A stretch of DNA of 64,000 nucleotides from a bacterium. GTDB lineage: Bacteria; UBA8248. The stretch covers positions 864,001 through 928,000 of the forward strand of contig CBDCRP010000003.1 in assembly GCA_965221165.1 (NCBI GenBank). Direction: 5' to 3'. The position numbers and the translations under genes were made by a program. Below, in pieces: positions 13,401-21,711 of this stretch; within the stretch, counting starts at the first letter, position 1, and every line of letters starts with the position of its first letter. Under the pieces are notes generated by a model. It was not told where the DNA came from, did no database searches, and saw only the letters and a program-made list of their open reading frames with translations.

Positions 13401-15319
13401 TAAACCCCGGTGAGGGGGTGACGCTCTCCTATACGCCCGGGACCAATCCGATCCGCAACAAAAACGATGTCGGCGCCGAGCCCATCACGTCCATGACAGC
13501 GCAGAACATCGGAAAAGCACCGGCGCTGGTGGAAGCGATTGTGGTGGGCAATCGTTTGACGCTCACCTACGACGAGATGCTGGATAAGACTTCCGTCCCG
13601 ACGCCGGCCGCTTTCTCGGTGATGGTGAATGGCGAGGACCGGGCGGTCACCATGGTGAAGATCGATGGCAGGAAAGTAAAGCTCACCCTGGAATCGCCCG
13701 TAGAGCCCGACGAGGAAGTGACGCTCAGCTACGACTCCGAGTCGGTCGGCAGCCCGTCCATCTTGGACCTGACCGAAATTCCCGCCGCACCCCTGAACAA
13801 CCTGGCGGTAACCAACCTCACCTCGACTGTCCAAGACAACACCCTGGCGACGACTCACTGGCTCTCGCATTTCGGACGCACGGTGGCGATCCAGGCGGTG
13901 GAGATGGTCGACAGCCGGTTGAAATCGCCTTCCATGAGACAGGAATCGAGAGTGACGCTCGGCGGACGAAACGTGGATTTCTTTGGTAATCCTGCAACCT
14001 CTTCTTCCGCACAGGACGATTCGGGCCTCGGCGACGCTTCCCGCCTCGCAAGCCTCGCCCCGGGCTTCGGCGGCCTCGCGCGATGGAGTGGCGCGAACGG
14101 GGCGGGCCTTGCGGGAGATGATTCCCCGGTGGATTACCGCGAAATATCGATGAACGATCTTCTACTGGCGAGTTCGTTCCATCTCGCCTCGGCGCAGAGC
14201 GCAGAAAACGGCCTGGGCGTGCGCTGGACGGCCTGGGGCCGGGGTGCGCGGGCGGGCTTCCATGGGGATACGGGCGGTATCACCGTCAGTGGCGACGTGA
14301 CGACGGGCACGCTCGGGGCCGATTACGAATGGGATCGCACCATGGTGGGCGTCGCGCTCTCGCACAGCCGGGGCGAAGGGCACTACTCACTCTACGGGCA
14401 GCGAAGTGCGGTGGAAGCCAAGCTCACGAGCGCGTACCCCTACATCCGCTATACGGTCAACGAACGCCTCTCGATTTGGGGCATGTTCGGCTTCGGGAAC
14501 GGCGATTTTACGCTGAATAAGGGGGAAATCGACGAGGAGGTCGAAACGAACATCTCCATGCGGATGGGGGCGTTCGGTTTTCGCAGTTCGCTCTTTCCGA
14601 TGGCACGCCAGGTCGGCTACGACCTCGCGCTCAAGTCCGACGTCATGGTAGTCGAGATGGAGGCGGATGAAGTGGATAACCGCCTGCTCCCGGTGGACGT
14701 GAAAACGAGCCGCTTCAGATTGCTTCTGGAGGGTTCACGCGAGTATAAGCTCCGCCGCGGCGCATCGCTCACGCCCTCGCTGGCGATAGGCCTGCGCTAC
14801 GACGGCGGCGACGCGGAACAAGGAGGCGGCATCGAGCTGGGCGGCGGCTTCCGCTTCTTCGATCCCTCGCTGGACATGGTGATAGACGTGAGCGCGCATG
14901 GTCTGCTCTTGCACGAGGAGAGCAGTTACAGAGAATTGGGCGTGGGAGGCTCGGTTCAACTCATGTGGGGCAATCGCAAGCCAGGCCTCTCCATCCGGGT
15001 GGGCTCCTCGTGGGGCGACGCACCGAGCGGAGTGGAGCGGCTCTGGTCGCAGCCCGGCGTGGCGGGTCTGGCCTCGGACGCAAAGGGCAACGGCGCGCAC
15101 TTCGAGGCGGAAGTGGGCTACGGGATGAATGCGCTGGGCGGTCTGCTGACCCCCTACGCCGGTCTTGCGGTCTCGGAAGGAGGAAACGGGACCTATCGCG
15201 TGGGCGGGCGCCTGAGAGTGGGCGAGCGCCTGAGCTTGAGACTCGAAGGAGATCGCCGCGAACGCGTGGGGGGCAACTCCTCCCACGGCGTCGCCCTGGT
15301 AGGCTCCGTGCGCTGGTAA
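10460..15319 (+). CDS. Large autotransporter-like adhesin: extended signal peptide, N-terminal passenger, Calx-beta-like repeats, fibronectin III, two SwmB-like repeats, C-terminal beta-barrel
   Basis: Repeats ending ITDDD with DGTAT.G.DY; FN3 (LSWTAP.DNGSPITGYKIE, YRVSAINAAG); SwmB-like (LTYNEPLDEGSVP, LTYDEMLDKTSVP); WLSHFGRTVA linker; amphipathic beta strands ending in W. Confidence 0.85.
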   Translation: MKSQMMIVRKTGGAVPRIRLVRATSRPRKRLRAFASCILVLSLFIYAFYAINSTAQTTEIWSRQMTVGAEGGRGLYGFSGSNFNFTDPTKGYGSLGNFNAETSEAGGYGERNFYIGPKSFYIEYIRWTSYCLYFGLNRQLPDDNYGDGSATPIDAASTSNLILRIGGRDFHLGNARAGAPSFYEWPGPPNLPLSAGGSFTASLRTGEALNLDRIDTSMCRSNGNGGNPDNGTPRVVSLELVPDPISENGGFSTVRASVSPASATPFTVTISAQAVSPATSGDFTLSGNTTLNFAAGATQSSGTVTIAAMNNNMDAPNKSVRVSGSVSGGTNVTAPEDVFLTITDDDGSPTGLALSVSPDSVAENGGSRTLSVTATLTGGAARSVATEVTLSALDGTATSADFSAGTATLEIPANNLSGTGTLALTPTNDQVAEGPETLTIRGTATGLTPGEATITITDDDAATLSVGPATVNEGEAAHFTVTLSREAAADVQLNWTTEDGTATAGSDYRAASGPLTISAGQTSATISVTTLEDFVTEETEAFTVRITAPNLPPGVSLGTESATGTINDDEAAPVVSLILGPDSISENGGVSAVRASVSPASATPFTVTVSAQAVSPATSGDFTLSGNTTLNFAAGATQSTGTVMIRAENNNMDAPDKSVVVSGSVSGGTRVTVPADVTLAITDDEGSPTGLTLSVSPDSVAEGAGSTTLNVTATLTGGAARSVATEVTLSALDGTATSADFSAGTATLEIPANNLSGTGTLALTPTDDAIAESPETLTIRGTATGLSDGEASITITDNDTPPDAPLNLSARAGGSSRIDLSWTAPEDNGSPITGYKIEVSEDEGSNWADLEADTSSPAASYAHTGLAPNTTRHYRVSAINAAGPGQASNVANATTQSGNGEDDGDGGNNGGNIEGETPLTPITPPQLLDVTVDGNKVVLTYNEPLDEGSVPDPGDFMLSTGDVESVDVSGPRVTLTLESPINPGEGVTLSYTPGTNPIRNKNDVGAEPITSMTAQNIGKAPALVEAIVVGNRLTLTYDEMLDKTSVPTPAAFSVMVNGEDRAVTMVKIDGRKVKLTLESPVEPDEEVTLSYDSESVGSPSILDLTEIPAAPLNNLAVTNLTSTVQDNTLATTHWLSHFGRTVAIQAVEMVDSRLKSPSMRQESRVTLGGRNVDFFGNPATSSSAQDDSGLGDASRLASLAPGFGGLARWSGANGAGLAGDDSPVDYREISMNDLLLASSFHLASAQSAENGLGVRWTAWGRGARAGFHGDTGGITVSGDVTTGTLGADYEWDRTMVGVALSHSRGEGHYSLYGQRSAVEAKLTSAYPYIRYTVNERLSIWGMFGFGNGDFTLNKGEIDEEVETNISMRMGAFGFRSSLFPMARQVGYDLALKSDVMVVEMEADEVDNRLLPVDVKTSRFRLLLEGSREYKLRRGASLTPSLAIGLRYDGGDAEQGGGIELGGGFRFFDPSLDMVIDVSAHGLLLHEESSYRELGVGGSVQLMWGNRKPGLSIRVGSSWGDAPSGVERLWSQPGVAGLASDAKGNGAHFEAEVGYGMNALGGLLTPYAGLAVSEGGNGTYRVGGRLRVGERLSLRLEGDRRERVGGNSSHGVALVGSVRW
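11161..12849 (+). repeat. Intragenic direct repeat, ~670 bp x2 (about 11161-11832 and 12178-12849; offset 1017 bp)
   Basis: Long identical DNA blocks in both copies, e.g. gcgggcgagcgtctcgccggcgtccgcgacgccgttcacggtgacg and gtggccacggaggtgacgctgagcgccctcgatgggaccgctacgagcgccgatttctcggccggcacggcg. Confidence 0.92.
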
Positions 15320-15551
15320 AACGAGCTTTCCCTGGGCACTGCACGATTCTTCTCTGCTCGGAAGAACCTATTCCCTCCTTTGAGGCCTCCACTCCGCGCC
15401 GTGCGGCGCCATCTCCCATCACGACATATTGCGCTCAAGCGCTTGTGATTCTCCCATATCATGCGATGTTTCCCATCGGAGCGTTATTGCTTGTTTTCGG
15501 CGGTTGCGCGTATACTGCGCCCGTCGGAATTCCCAAAGCGTGAGGCCCGCC

Positions 15552-16370
15552 TTGAGCGAGAAAAAAAGCGGCTTTGAGCGCGCGGTGGAGGTTATGGCCC
15601 GCCTCAGAGCGCCCGACGGATGCCCCTGGGACAAGGAACAGGACCACCATACCCTGAAGCCCTACCTCATCGAGGAGGCTTACGAGGTGATGGAAGCCAT
15701 CGAGGCAAGCGACCCCGCGATGCTCAAGGAGGAGCTGGGCGACCTCTTGCTTCAGGTGCTCTTCCATTGCCGGCTCGCCGAGGAGAAGGGTCTCTTCGAC
15801 GCCCAGGAGACCGCCCGCGCCCTCGCGCAAAAGATGATCGACCGACACCCCCACGTATTCGAAAACACCCTGGCCGAGACCAGCGGCGAGGTGCTCAGGA
15901 ACTGGGAGATCAACAAGAGAAAGGCCCGCACGGAGGATGAGAAAGGCGCCGCCTCCATTCTCGACGGCGTGCCCGCCGCCATGCCCGCCCTCCAGCGCGC
16001 CCAGAGGCTTCAGGGAAAGGCTTCGCGCGTGGGCTTCGATTGGCCCGATGCGGCCGGGGCGGCGGAGAAGGTGGAAGAAGAATGGGCGGAACTCAAAGCG
16101 GCGATGCGGAAAGGGGACCAGAAGGCGGTGGAAGAGGAGATGGGCGATTTTCTTTTCGCGGCCGTGAATCTCTCCCGGAAGCTCGGGGTGAACGCCGAAG
16201 AGGCGGCCCGCGCCTGCATCGGGCGCTTCACCGCGCGTTTTCACCATATGGAGGAGGCGCTGCGCGCCCAGGGACTCTCCCCCGAGGACGTATCGCTAGA
16301 AGCGCTCGAAGTGCTTTGGAGTGAGGCGAAAAAGCCGGTACGGGCGAGGGACTTCCCTGACTCTCCGTAG
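15552..16370 (+). CDS. mazG: Nucleoside triphosphate pyrophosphohydrolase MazG
   Basis: LRAPDGCPWDKEQ, EEAYEV, EELGDLLLQ, RHPHVF, GFDWP, EEMGDFLF (tandem MazG domains). TTG at 15552 is the likely start. Confidence 0.96.
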   Translation: MSEKKSGFERAVEVMARLRAPDGCPWDKEQDHHTLKPYLIEEAYEVMEAIEASDPAMLKEELGDLLLQVLFHCRLAEEKGLFDAQETARALAQKMIDRHPHVFENTLAETSGEVLRNWEINKRKARTEDEKGAASILDGVPAAMPALQRAQRLQGKASRVGFDWPDAAGAAEKVEEEWAELKAAMRKGDQKAVEEEMGDFLFAAVNLSRKLGVNAEEAARACIGRFTARFHHMEEALRAQGLSPEDVSLEALEVLWSEAKKPVRARDFPDSP

Positions 16371-16436
16371 AATCCCGGCCCATGCCCATTCGATAAGAAA
16401 CCGGCCTGCCCGCCCGGAAACGACCAGGATCGATCG

Positions 16437-18941
16437 ATGACGCGAAAACCCCGAACGCATCGTCCCAGAAGAACGACGCCTCCCCCCCAGACGGGCCTGT
16501 TCCCCGAGGACGGCAACGAACTGACCGGCGTGGTGGAACGGGTACGCTTCCGCGCGGAGGACACGGGCTACAGCGTCTTGCTCGTCCAGCCGGACAACGC
16601 GGATTTTCCGCGCGTGGCCGTGGTGGGCCATCTCTCCTCCATCCGAGAGGGAGAGCGCGTCCGGTTCGAGGGCGTCTGGAAGGATCACCCCAGGTTCGGT
16701 CGCCAGTTCCATGCCGAACTCGCCCGTCCGCTGCCGCCCACGACGGTCGAGGGAATCGAAAAATATCTGGCCTCGGGCATCGTGAAGAACATCGGCCCCG
16801 CCCTGGCCAGGCGCATCGTGGCGCGCTTCGGTGAAAAATCGCTCGAGGTGCTCGACAACCATCCCGAACGGCTCACGGAAGTCAACGGGCTGGGCGAGAA
16901 GAAGCTGGAAACTATCATCGAGAGTTGGAAGAGCCAGAGCGAGGTCAAGGAGATCATGCTCTTCCTCCGGCAATACGACATCCCGCTGCACATGTCGGAG
17001 AAAATTCTGAGAACCTACGGCGAAGCCTCCATCTCGATTCTCCGCGAAGACCCCTATCGCCTGGCGGCGGAGATTCACGGCGTGGGCTTCAAGAGCGCGG
17101 ACCGCATCGCGCAGCGGCTGGGGATTCCCCCCGACTCGCCCAAGCGCCTGGCGGCGGGAGCCGTCTACGTGCTGAACCAGCTCGCCGAGCGCGAGGGCCA
17201 CTGCTTTCTGCCTTATGGGAACCTGGTCGAGACCGCCGCCGAAATGCTCGAGACCGAAGCAGACGCCCTCACCTCCATCCTGGAAAATCTCGGCCGGAGC
17301 GGCTCCCTGGTGATCCAATCGGCGAACATGATCGAAAACCTGGCCTCGGCCGAGGGCAAGCGGGTCTATGCCCGCCCCCTGTACGCCGCGGAATGCGAGG
17401 TCGCCCGCCGTCTCGCAGCACTCATCCAGACCCCGCGCGACGAGGCGCGTCTGGAAGCCGCCATGCGGGGACAAGGCGTGCCCGGAAGCACGACGGGAGA
17501 GCGCCTGGGCCACCTCGCCCGGCGCGCCCTGGAGGGCGGCATGGCCACCAAGGATCAGGGCGCCGCCATAGAGGGCGCGCTCACGCAAAAAGTACTCATC
17601 GTGACGGGAGGCCCCGGTACCGGCAAGACGACCATCGTGAGCGCCGTCACCAACCTCTATACGAAACTGGGCCTCCAGGTCATCCTGGGCGCACCCACGG
17701 GCCGGGCGGCCAAGCGCCTCTCCGAGGTCACAGGCCACGAGGCGGGCACCATCCACAGGTTGTTGGAGTTCAGCTGGCACTCGGGCGGCTTCACCCGCGA
17801 TGCGGAAAACCCGCTCACCGGCGACATCGTGATAATCGACGAGGCCTCGATGCTCGACGTGCACCTGACGGCCCACCTCTTGCGCGCGGTGCCGGACGCG
17901 GCGACACTCGTCCTCGTGGGCGACGTGGATCAGCTCCCCTCCGTGGGTCCCGGCAACATCCTGAGCGACGTCATCACCTCCGAAACACTGCCCGTAGTAA
18001 GGCTCACCGAGGTCTTCCGCCAGGCGCAGGAGAGTCTGATCGTCGAAAACGCCCACCGCGTGAACCGGGGAGAGATGCCCAGAAACGGCAAGGGAGAGCA
18101 AGAGGACAAGCCGCTCGATTACTACTTCATCGAAGAGAGTGAGGCGGAACGATGCGCGGACATCATCATCGAACTCTGCCGCGAGCGCATTCCCGAGAAA
18201 TTCGGGGTCGACCCCATCGCGGAGCTTCAGGTCATCTCCCCCATGCAGCGCGGCGTGCTCGGCGTACAGAGCCTGAACGCGCGCTTACAGGAAGCGCTCA
18301 ACCCCGCGGGCGCCGCGCCCGCCCTACAGAGCGGAGGGCGCACGTTCCGCACGCGCGACAAGCTCATCCAGGTGCGGAACAACTACGAGAAAGACGTGTT
18401 CAACGGCGACATCGGCGTCGTGCGCAGCGTCGCGCCCGAGGACGGGAGCATTCGCGTGGCCTTCGATTCGAATGTCGTCGAATATACGCGCGGCGCGCTG
18501 GATGAGGTGATGCACGCCTACGCCATCACCGTGCACAAGAGCCAGGGAAGCGAATACCCCGCCGTCGTCATCCCGCTGCACACCCAGCACTACCCGATGC
18601 TGCAAAGAAACCTCGTCTACACCGCCCTCACGCGGGCGAGGCGGCTCGTAGTGCTCGTCGGGGCGAAAAAAGCGCTCGGCATCGCGATAGGAAACGCGCG
18701 CGTGAGAAGAAGATGGAGCGGTCTGCCCGAGAGAATCCGCCGCGAGGCGAATCTCGCCCCGCTCCTCGAGGAGGCCTCCCCTCCCCCGCAGGACATCGAG
18801 GAAACACAAGACACCGGGGAGGACGAGGCGCAATTCACAGAAGACGCCCCGCCCGATTCCCTTTACGAGGATGAAGCGACCGGGGACGACGAGGACTCCC
18901 CGCCCGATAACGAACTGACCTACCACCCCGTGGACGAGTAG
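16437..18941 (+). CDS. recD2: ATP-dependent RecD2-like SF1B helicase
   Basis: N-terminal OB/HhH region (GIEKYLASG), TGGPGTGKTT, APTGRAAKR, DEASM, VGDVDQLPSVGPG, AYAITVHKSQGSEY, YTALTRA; acidic C-terminal tail. Confidence 0.95.
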   Translation: MTRKPRTHRPRRTTPPPQTGLFPEDGNELTGVVERVRFRAEDTGYSVLLVQPDNADFPRVAVVGHLSSIREGERVRFEGVWKDHPRFGRQFHAELARPLPPTTVEGIEKYLASGIVKNIGPALARRIVARFGEKSLEVLDNHPERLTEVNGLGEKKLETIIESWKSQSEVKEIMLFLRQYDIPLHMSEKILRTYGEASISILREDPYRLAAEIHGVGFKSADRIAQRLGIPPDSPKRLAAGAVYVLNQLAEREGHCFLPYGNLVETAAEMLETEADALTSILENLGRSGSLVIQSANMIENLASAEGKRVYARPLYAAECEVARRLAALIQTPRDEARLEAAMRGQGVPGSTTGERLGHLARRALEGGMATKDQGAAIEGALTQKVLIVTGGPGTGKTTIVSAVTNLYTKLGLQVILGAPTGRAAKRLSEVTGHEAGTIHRLLEFSWHSGGFTRDAENPLTGDIVIIDEASMLDVHLTAHLLRAVPDAATLVLVGDVDQLPSVGPGNILSDVITSETLPVVRLTEVFRQAQESLIVENAHRVNRGEMPRNGKGEQEDKPLDYYFIEESEAERCADIIIELCRERIPEKFGVDPIAELQVISPMQRGVLGVQSLNARLQEALNPAGAAPALQSGGRTFRTRDKLIQVRNNYEKDVFNGDIGVVRSVAPEDGSIRVAFDSNVVEYTRGALDEVMHAYAITVHKSQGSEYPAVVIPLHTQHYPMLQRNLVYTALTRARRLVVLVGAKKALGIAIGNARVRRRWSGLPERIRREANLAPLLEEASPPPQDIEETQDTGEDEAQFTEDAPPDSLYEDEATGDDEDSPPDNELTYHPVDE

Positions 18942-18958
18942 AAGACCATCGACGGAAT

Positions 18959-18984
18959 AAAAAAAAACCCGTCCCGGAGGACGG
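18959..18984 (-). terminator. Intrinsic terminator
   Basis: Hairpin ccgtcc-cgga-ggacgg preceded by an A9 run, giving a U-tract on the minus strand just downstream of the 19013 gene. Confidence 0.7.
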
Positions 18985-19012
18985 AGGCAGGATGGCTGCC
19001 GGGAAGCGGGTG

Positions 19013-19228
19013 TTACTTCGCCGTTCGCTCGATTAAAGTCTTGAGCGCGGTCATGGATTCGGCGTGATTTTTCATGACCTCCTCATGCCGTCTGGCACCG
19101 GTACTTTCCCGCAATTCCGAGGAGCGGCTCATCTGCTTCAAGCCCATCCAGATGAGCCCGCACTGCGCGAGCCCGATGAGGGACTGCATGGCGTAGAACC
19201 CGAGTGTCGCCGTCTCAAAACCGCTCAT
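19013..19228 (-). CDS. Small membrane-anchored protein, copy 1 (71 aa)
   Basis: MSGFETATL...LIWMGLKQMSRSSELRE...ARRHEE...SMTALKTLIERTAK; AAGGGG RBS; close paralog at 20307-20513. Confidence 0.75.
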   Translation of the reverse strand: MSGFETATLGFYAMQSLIGLAQCGLIWMGLKQMSRSSELRESTGARRHEEVMKNHAESMTALKTLIERTAK

Positions 19229-19510
19229 TTCTTTCCCCTTGCGGGTCCTTGACTTTCCAATGCGAAACGCCGTGGCCTCGCCCCCATGGCTCGCAACCTG
19301 GGACAAAATACTAGTCCCTTTTGCGCTCCCCCGCAAGATTCGGCTTTGCGCGCTACAGAGAGAACCGACCCGCCACTCCATGGATGAGGAATAGTGGACG
19401 TCATCGTCTCGCCTAAATTTGTTGCTCATTTTATCGTTGTGTTATCTTGTCCCCAAGAGATTATTTTTGCACTCGGGCCATGAACGGGTACGAAAACAAG
19501 GAGCAGGGAA

Positions 19511-20200
19511 ATGGGGGAAATAATGGACGCTGATGATCCGAAAAATGGCGTGGCGGAGAACGAGAAGAAAGGCGAGGAAGTAATGATCGAAGAAGAAACT
19601 TTTGTCCTTCGAGTATTCTATCATGAGAGCCATATTCTCACGACGGGTGAGGCGCAAACACTCAATCAATCACGGCATAAACGCATCCGCAAAGCTGGTT
19701 TCGAGTTCAAAAAACAGGCCGACGACCTTACAAGCAATATAGCAAGCCACAACCAGTTGGCCGAGGTGTTCGAGTCCCCCATGGTGTATCGTAAGGGTCA
19801 TCCACTCACAGCGGACGATGCGAAAGAATGTGACGAATTACGTCGTGAGAACATTCGCGAATACGCAGAAAAACTCATCAGGAAGGCAAACGATCCAGAA
19901 GATTCAATGACAATGGAAGTGGCTCGCAAAGCCATCATGGATCATGACGAAACATATAAGTTACGGGCTAAGCCGAACCTTGTCGAGGTCGAGAAAGAAG
20001 CGAAAGAGTTCGCGGAAAAGGTCATCAAGCGTGAATTGAAAAACAAAGGCCACAAAATCACAGACATTGATAAAGATGAACTCAACACGGACATTGAAAA
20101 ACTCGCGAAAGATCCCCGTATTGTTGAATACGCCGAACGGAACGTTTCAGGTATAGACGCTCTCTCTGAGGAATTAAAATCAAAACTTTCAAAACTTTAG
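19511..20200 (+). CDS. Hypothetical highly charged helical protein, AT-rich, possibly phage-derived
   Basis: 229-aa ORF with GGAG RBS, low GC, Lys/Glu-rich; motif Y..xH.LT...A......R...IR occurs twice. Confidence 0.75.
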   Translation: MGEIMDADDPKNGVAENEKKGEEVMIEEETFVLRVFYHESHILTTGEAQTLNQSRHKRIRKAGFEFKKQADDLTSNIASHNQLAEVFESPMVYRKGHPLTADDAKECDELRRENIREYAEKLIRKANDPEDSMTMEVARKAIMDHDETYKLRAKPNLVEVEKEAKEFAEKVIKRELKNKGHKITDIDKDELNTDIEKLAKDPRIVEYAERNVSGIDALSEELKSKLSKL

Positions 20201-20306
20201 TGGTGTTGGGGTCTTGGCGAGCTATCGGATTGATCTTCTCTGTACAGTGAAGACAGGGGCAATATTGCCGAATCGCCCTCTCTGCCCTCCTTGAAAGGGG
20301 CAGGAA

Positions 20307-20513
20307 TTATTTTCCCGTTCGTTCGATGAGCGCCTCGAGCGCGGTCATCGATTCCTCATGCCGTCTGGCACCCTCCCTTTCCCGCAATTCCGAAGAGCGG
20401 TCCATCTGCTTCAAGCCTTTCCATATAAGAAAACATTGAACGCTTCCTACGATGAGAGCTACAGTGCTCTGAATGCCTGATGCCCAAAGTGTGGCTGTTT
20501 CAAAACCCGTCAT
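20307..20513 (-). CDS. Small membrane-anchored protein, copy 2 (68 aa)
   Basis: MTGFETATL...LIWKGLKQMDRSSELRE...ARRHEESMTALEALIERTGK; paralog of 19013-19228. Confidence 0.75.
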   Translation of the reverse strand: MTGFETATLWASGIQSTVALIVGSVQCFLIWKGLKQMDRSSELREREGARRHEESMTALEALIERTGK

Positions 20514-20652
20514 TCCTTCCCCCTTACGGGTCCTCTGTCGTTACATTGAAAACCTCGTGGGCCCAGGGCGCCGCACCCTGCGTTGCTCGCAATCTCAGAC
20601 AAAAACACTACCCGCTTTTCCGCTCTCCCGCAAGATTCGGCTTTGCGTGCGA

Positions 20653-21687
20653 TCAGGGCGTGAGCACCACCTTGAGAGACTCGCCCGCTTGGGCGACGAG
20701 GCGGAAACCCTCCTGCGCCTGCGCGAGCGGGAGCCTGTGGGTGATCATTGCCTCGGCCTCTATGCGTCCGGCGCGAATGAGCGCCAGCGCTTCTTCCAGG
20801 TCGAGCGGGGCCGCGCCGTAGGTGGTGGTGATGCTTATCTGCTCGCTCCAGATTCTGTTCAGGTCCATCTCGGGGTGATGGCCCGGCGGCGTGGGGGCGA
20901 AGAGCTGCAAGACCCCGCAAGTTGCGACGCACGAGAGAGCCGTACTCAAAGCCTCGGGGGCGCCAGCGCACAGGATGACGCGATCCGCCAGCCGGCCGTC
21001 GTTCGCCTCCCGTAGAGCCCCCGCCATATCCTCGCATGGAGGCAGGGCATGCGCGCCGAACCGCTCGGCGGTCCTCAGACGATAGGGGTGAATATCCGTC
21101 GCGAAAACGGGCCCCGCTCCCAGGAGACGCGCCGCCTGCACGTGCAATAACCCTGACATGCCGCTTCCCACCACGAGGACGCTCAGACCCGGCGTCATCC
21201 GAAAGCGCCTCCAGCCGCGCAGAACGCAGCCCAGCGGCTCGACGAACACGCCCGCATCGTCGGACACCTCATCGGGCAGATGGAACGTGCCCCGCTCCAC
21301 GTTGATGGCGGGCACCCGGATGAATTCGGCGAAACCGCCCGGGTCGAAATTCGTGCTTTTGAGAGTCGCGCAGGCGGTGTGGTCTCCGCGCAGGCAAAGC
21401 GCGCAGCGGTTGCACGGCACGTGATGGGTGACCATGACGCGATCGCCGGGCCGGAAACTCTCCACCCCATCGCCCGTCTCTGCGACCACGCCCGTCACCT
21501 CGTGGCCCAGAACGCGCGGCGCGCTCTTGACGCGGTACCACTCCATGACGTCGCTGCCGCAGATGCCGATCGCGCGCGTCTCGATGAGAAGCTCGCCCGC
21601 TCCGGCGCGGGGTTTTTCTACCTCCACGATTCGCACGTCATCGTTTCGGTAATAAACCGCCGCTCGCATGGTTTCCGGCATTTTCAT
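20653..21687 (-). CDS. Zn-dependent medium-chain alcohol dehydrogenase (sorbitol/threonine DH-like)
   Basis: GICGSD, GHE, structural Zn C-x2-C-x2-C-x7-C, GSGMSG Rossmann motif. Confidence 0.9.
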   Translation of the reverse strand: MKMPETMRAAVYYRNDDVRIVEVEKPRAGAGELLIETRAIGICGSDVMEWYRVKSAPRVLGHEVTGVVAETGDGVESFRPGDRVMVTHHVPCNRCALCLRGDHTACATLKSTNFDPGGFAEFIRVPAINVERGTFHLPDEVSDDAGVFVEPLGCVLRGWRRFRMTPGLSVLVVGSGMSGLLHVQAARLLGAGPVFATDIHPYRLRTAERFGAHALPPCEDMAGALREANDGRLADRVILCAGAPEALSTALSCVATCGVLQLFAPTPPGHHPEMDLNRIWSEQISITTTYGAAPLDLEEALALIRAGRIEAEAMITHRLPLAQAQEGFRLVAQAGESLKVVLTP

Positions 21688-21711
21688 ACTTCCTGCGTTT
21701 TGCCCCTGACT

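Larger units (their letters stand above)
19013..20647. repeat. ~340-bp imperfect direct repeats (19013-19350 and 20307-20647) flanking an AT-rich orphan
   Basis: Shared coding blocks (tcctcatgccgtctggcacc, tttcccgcaattccga, catctgcttcaagcc) and an identical non-coding 21-mer cccgcaagattcggctttgcg at 19330-19350 and 20627-20647. Confidence 0.88.

Noticed and set aside
12212-13870. Long antisense ORFs (also 10682-11935, 16296-18101, 38352-40133)
   Set aside because: Opposite well-supported genes; explained by codon bias and scarcity of stops.
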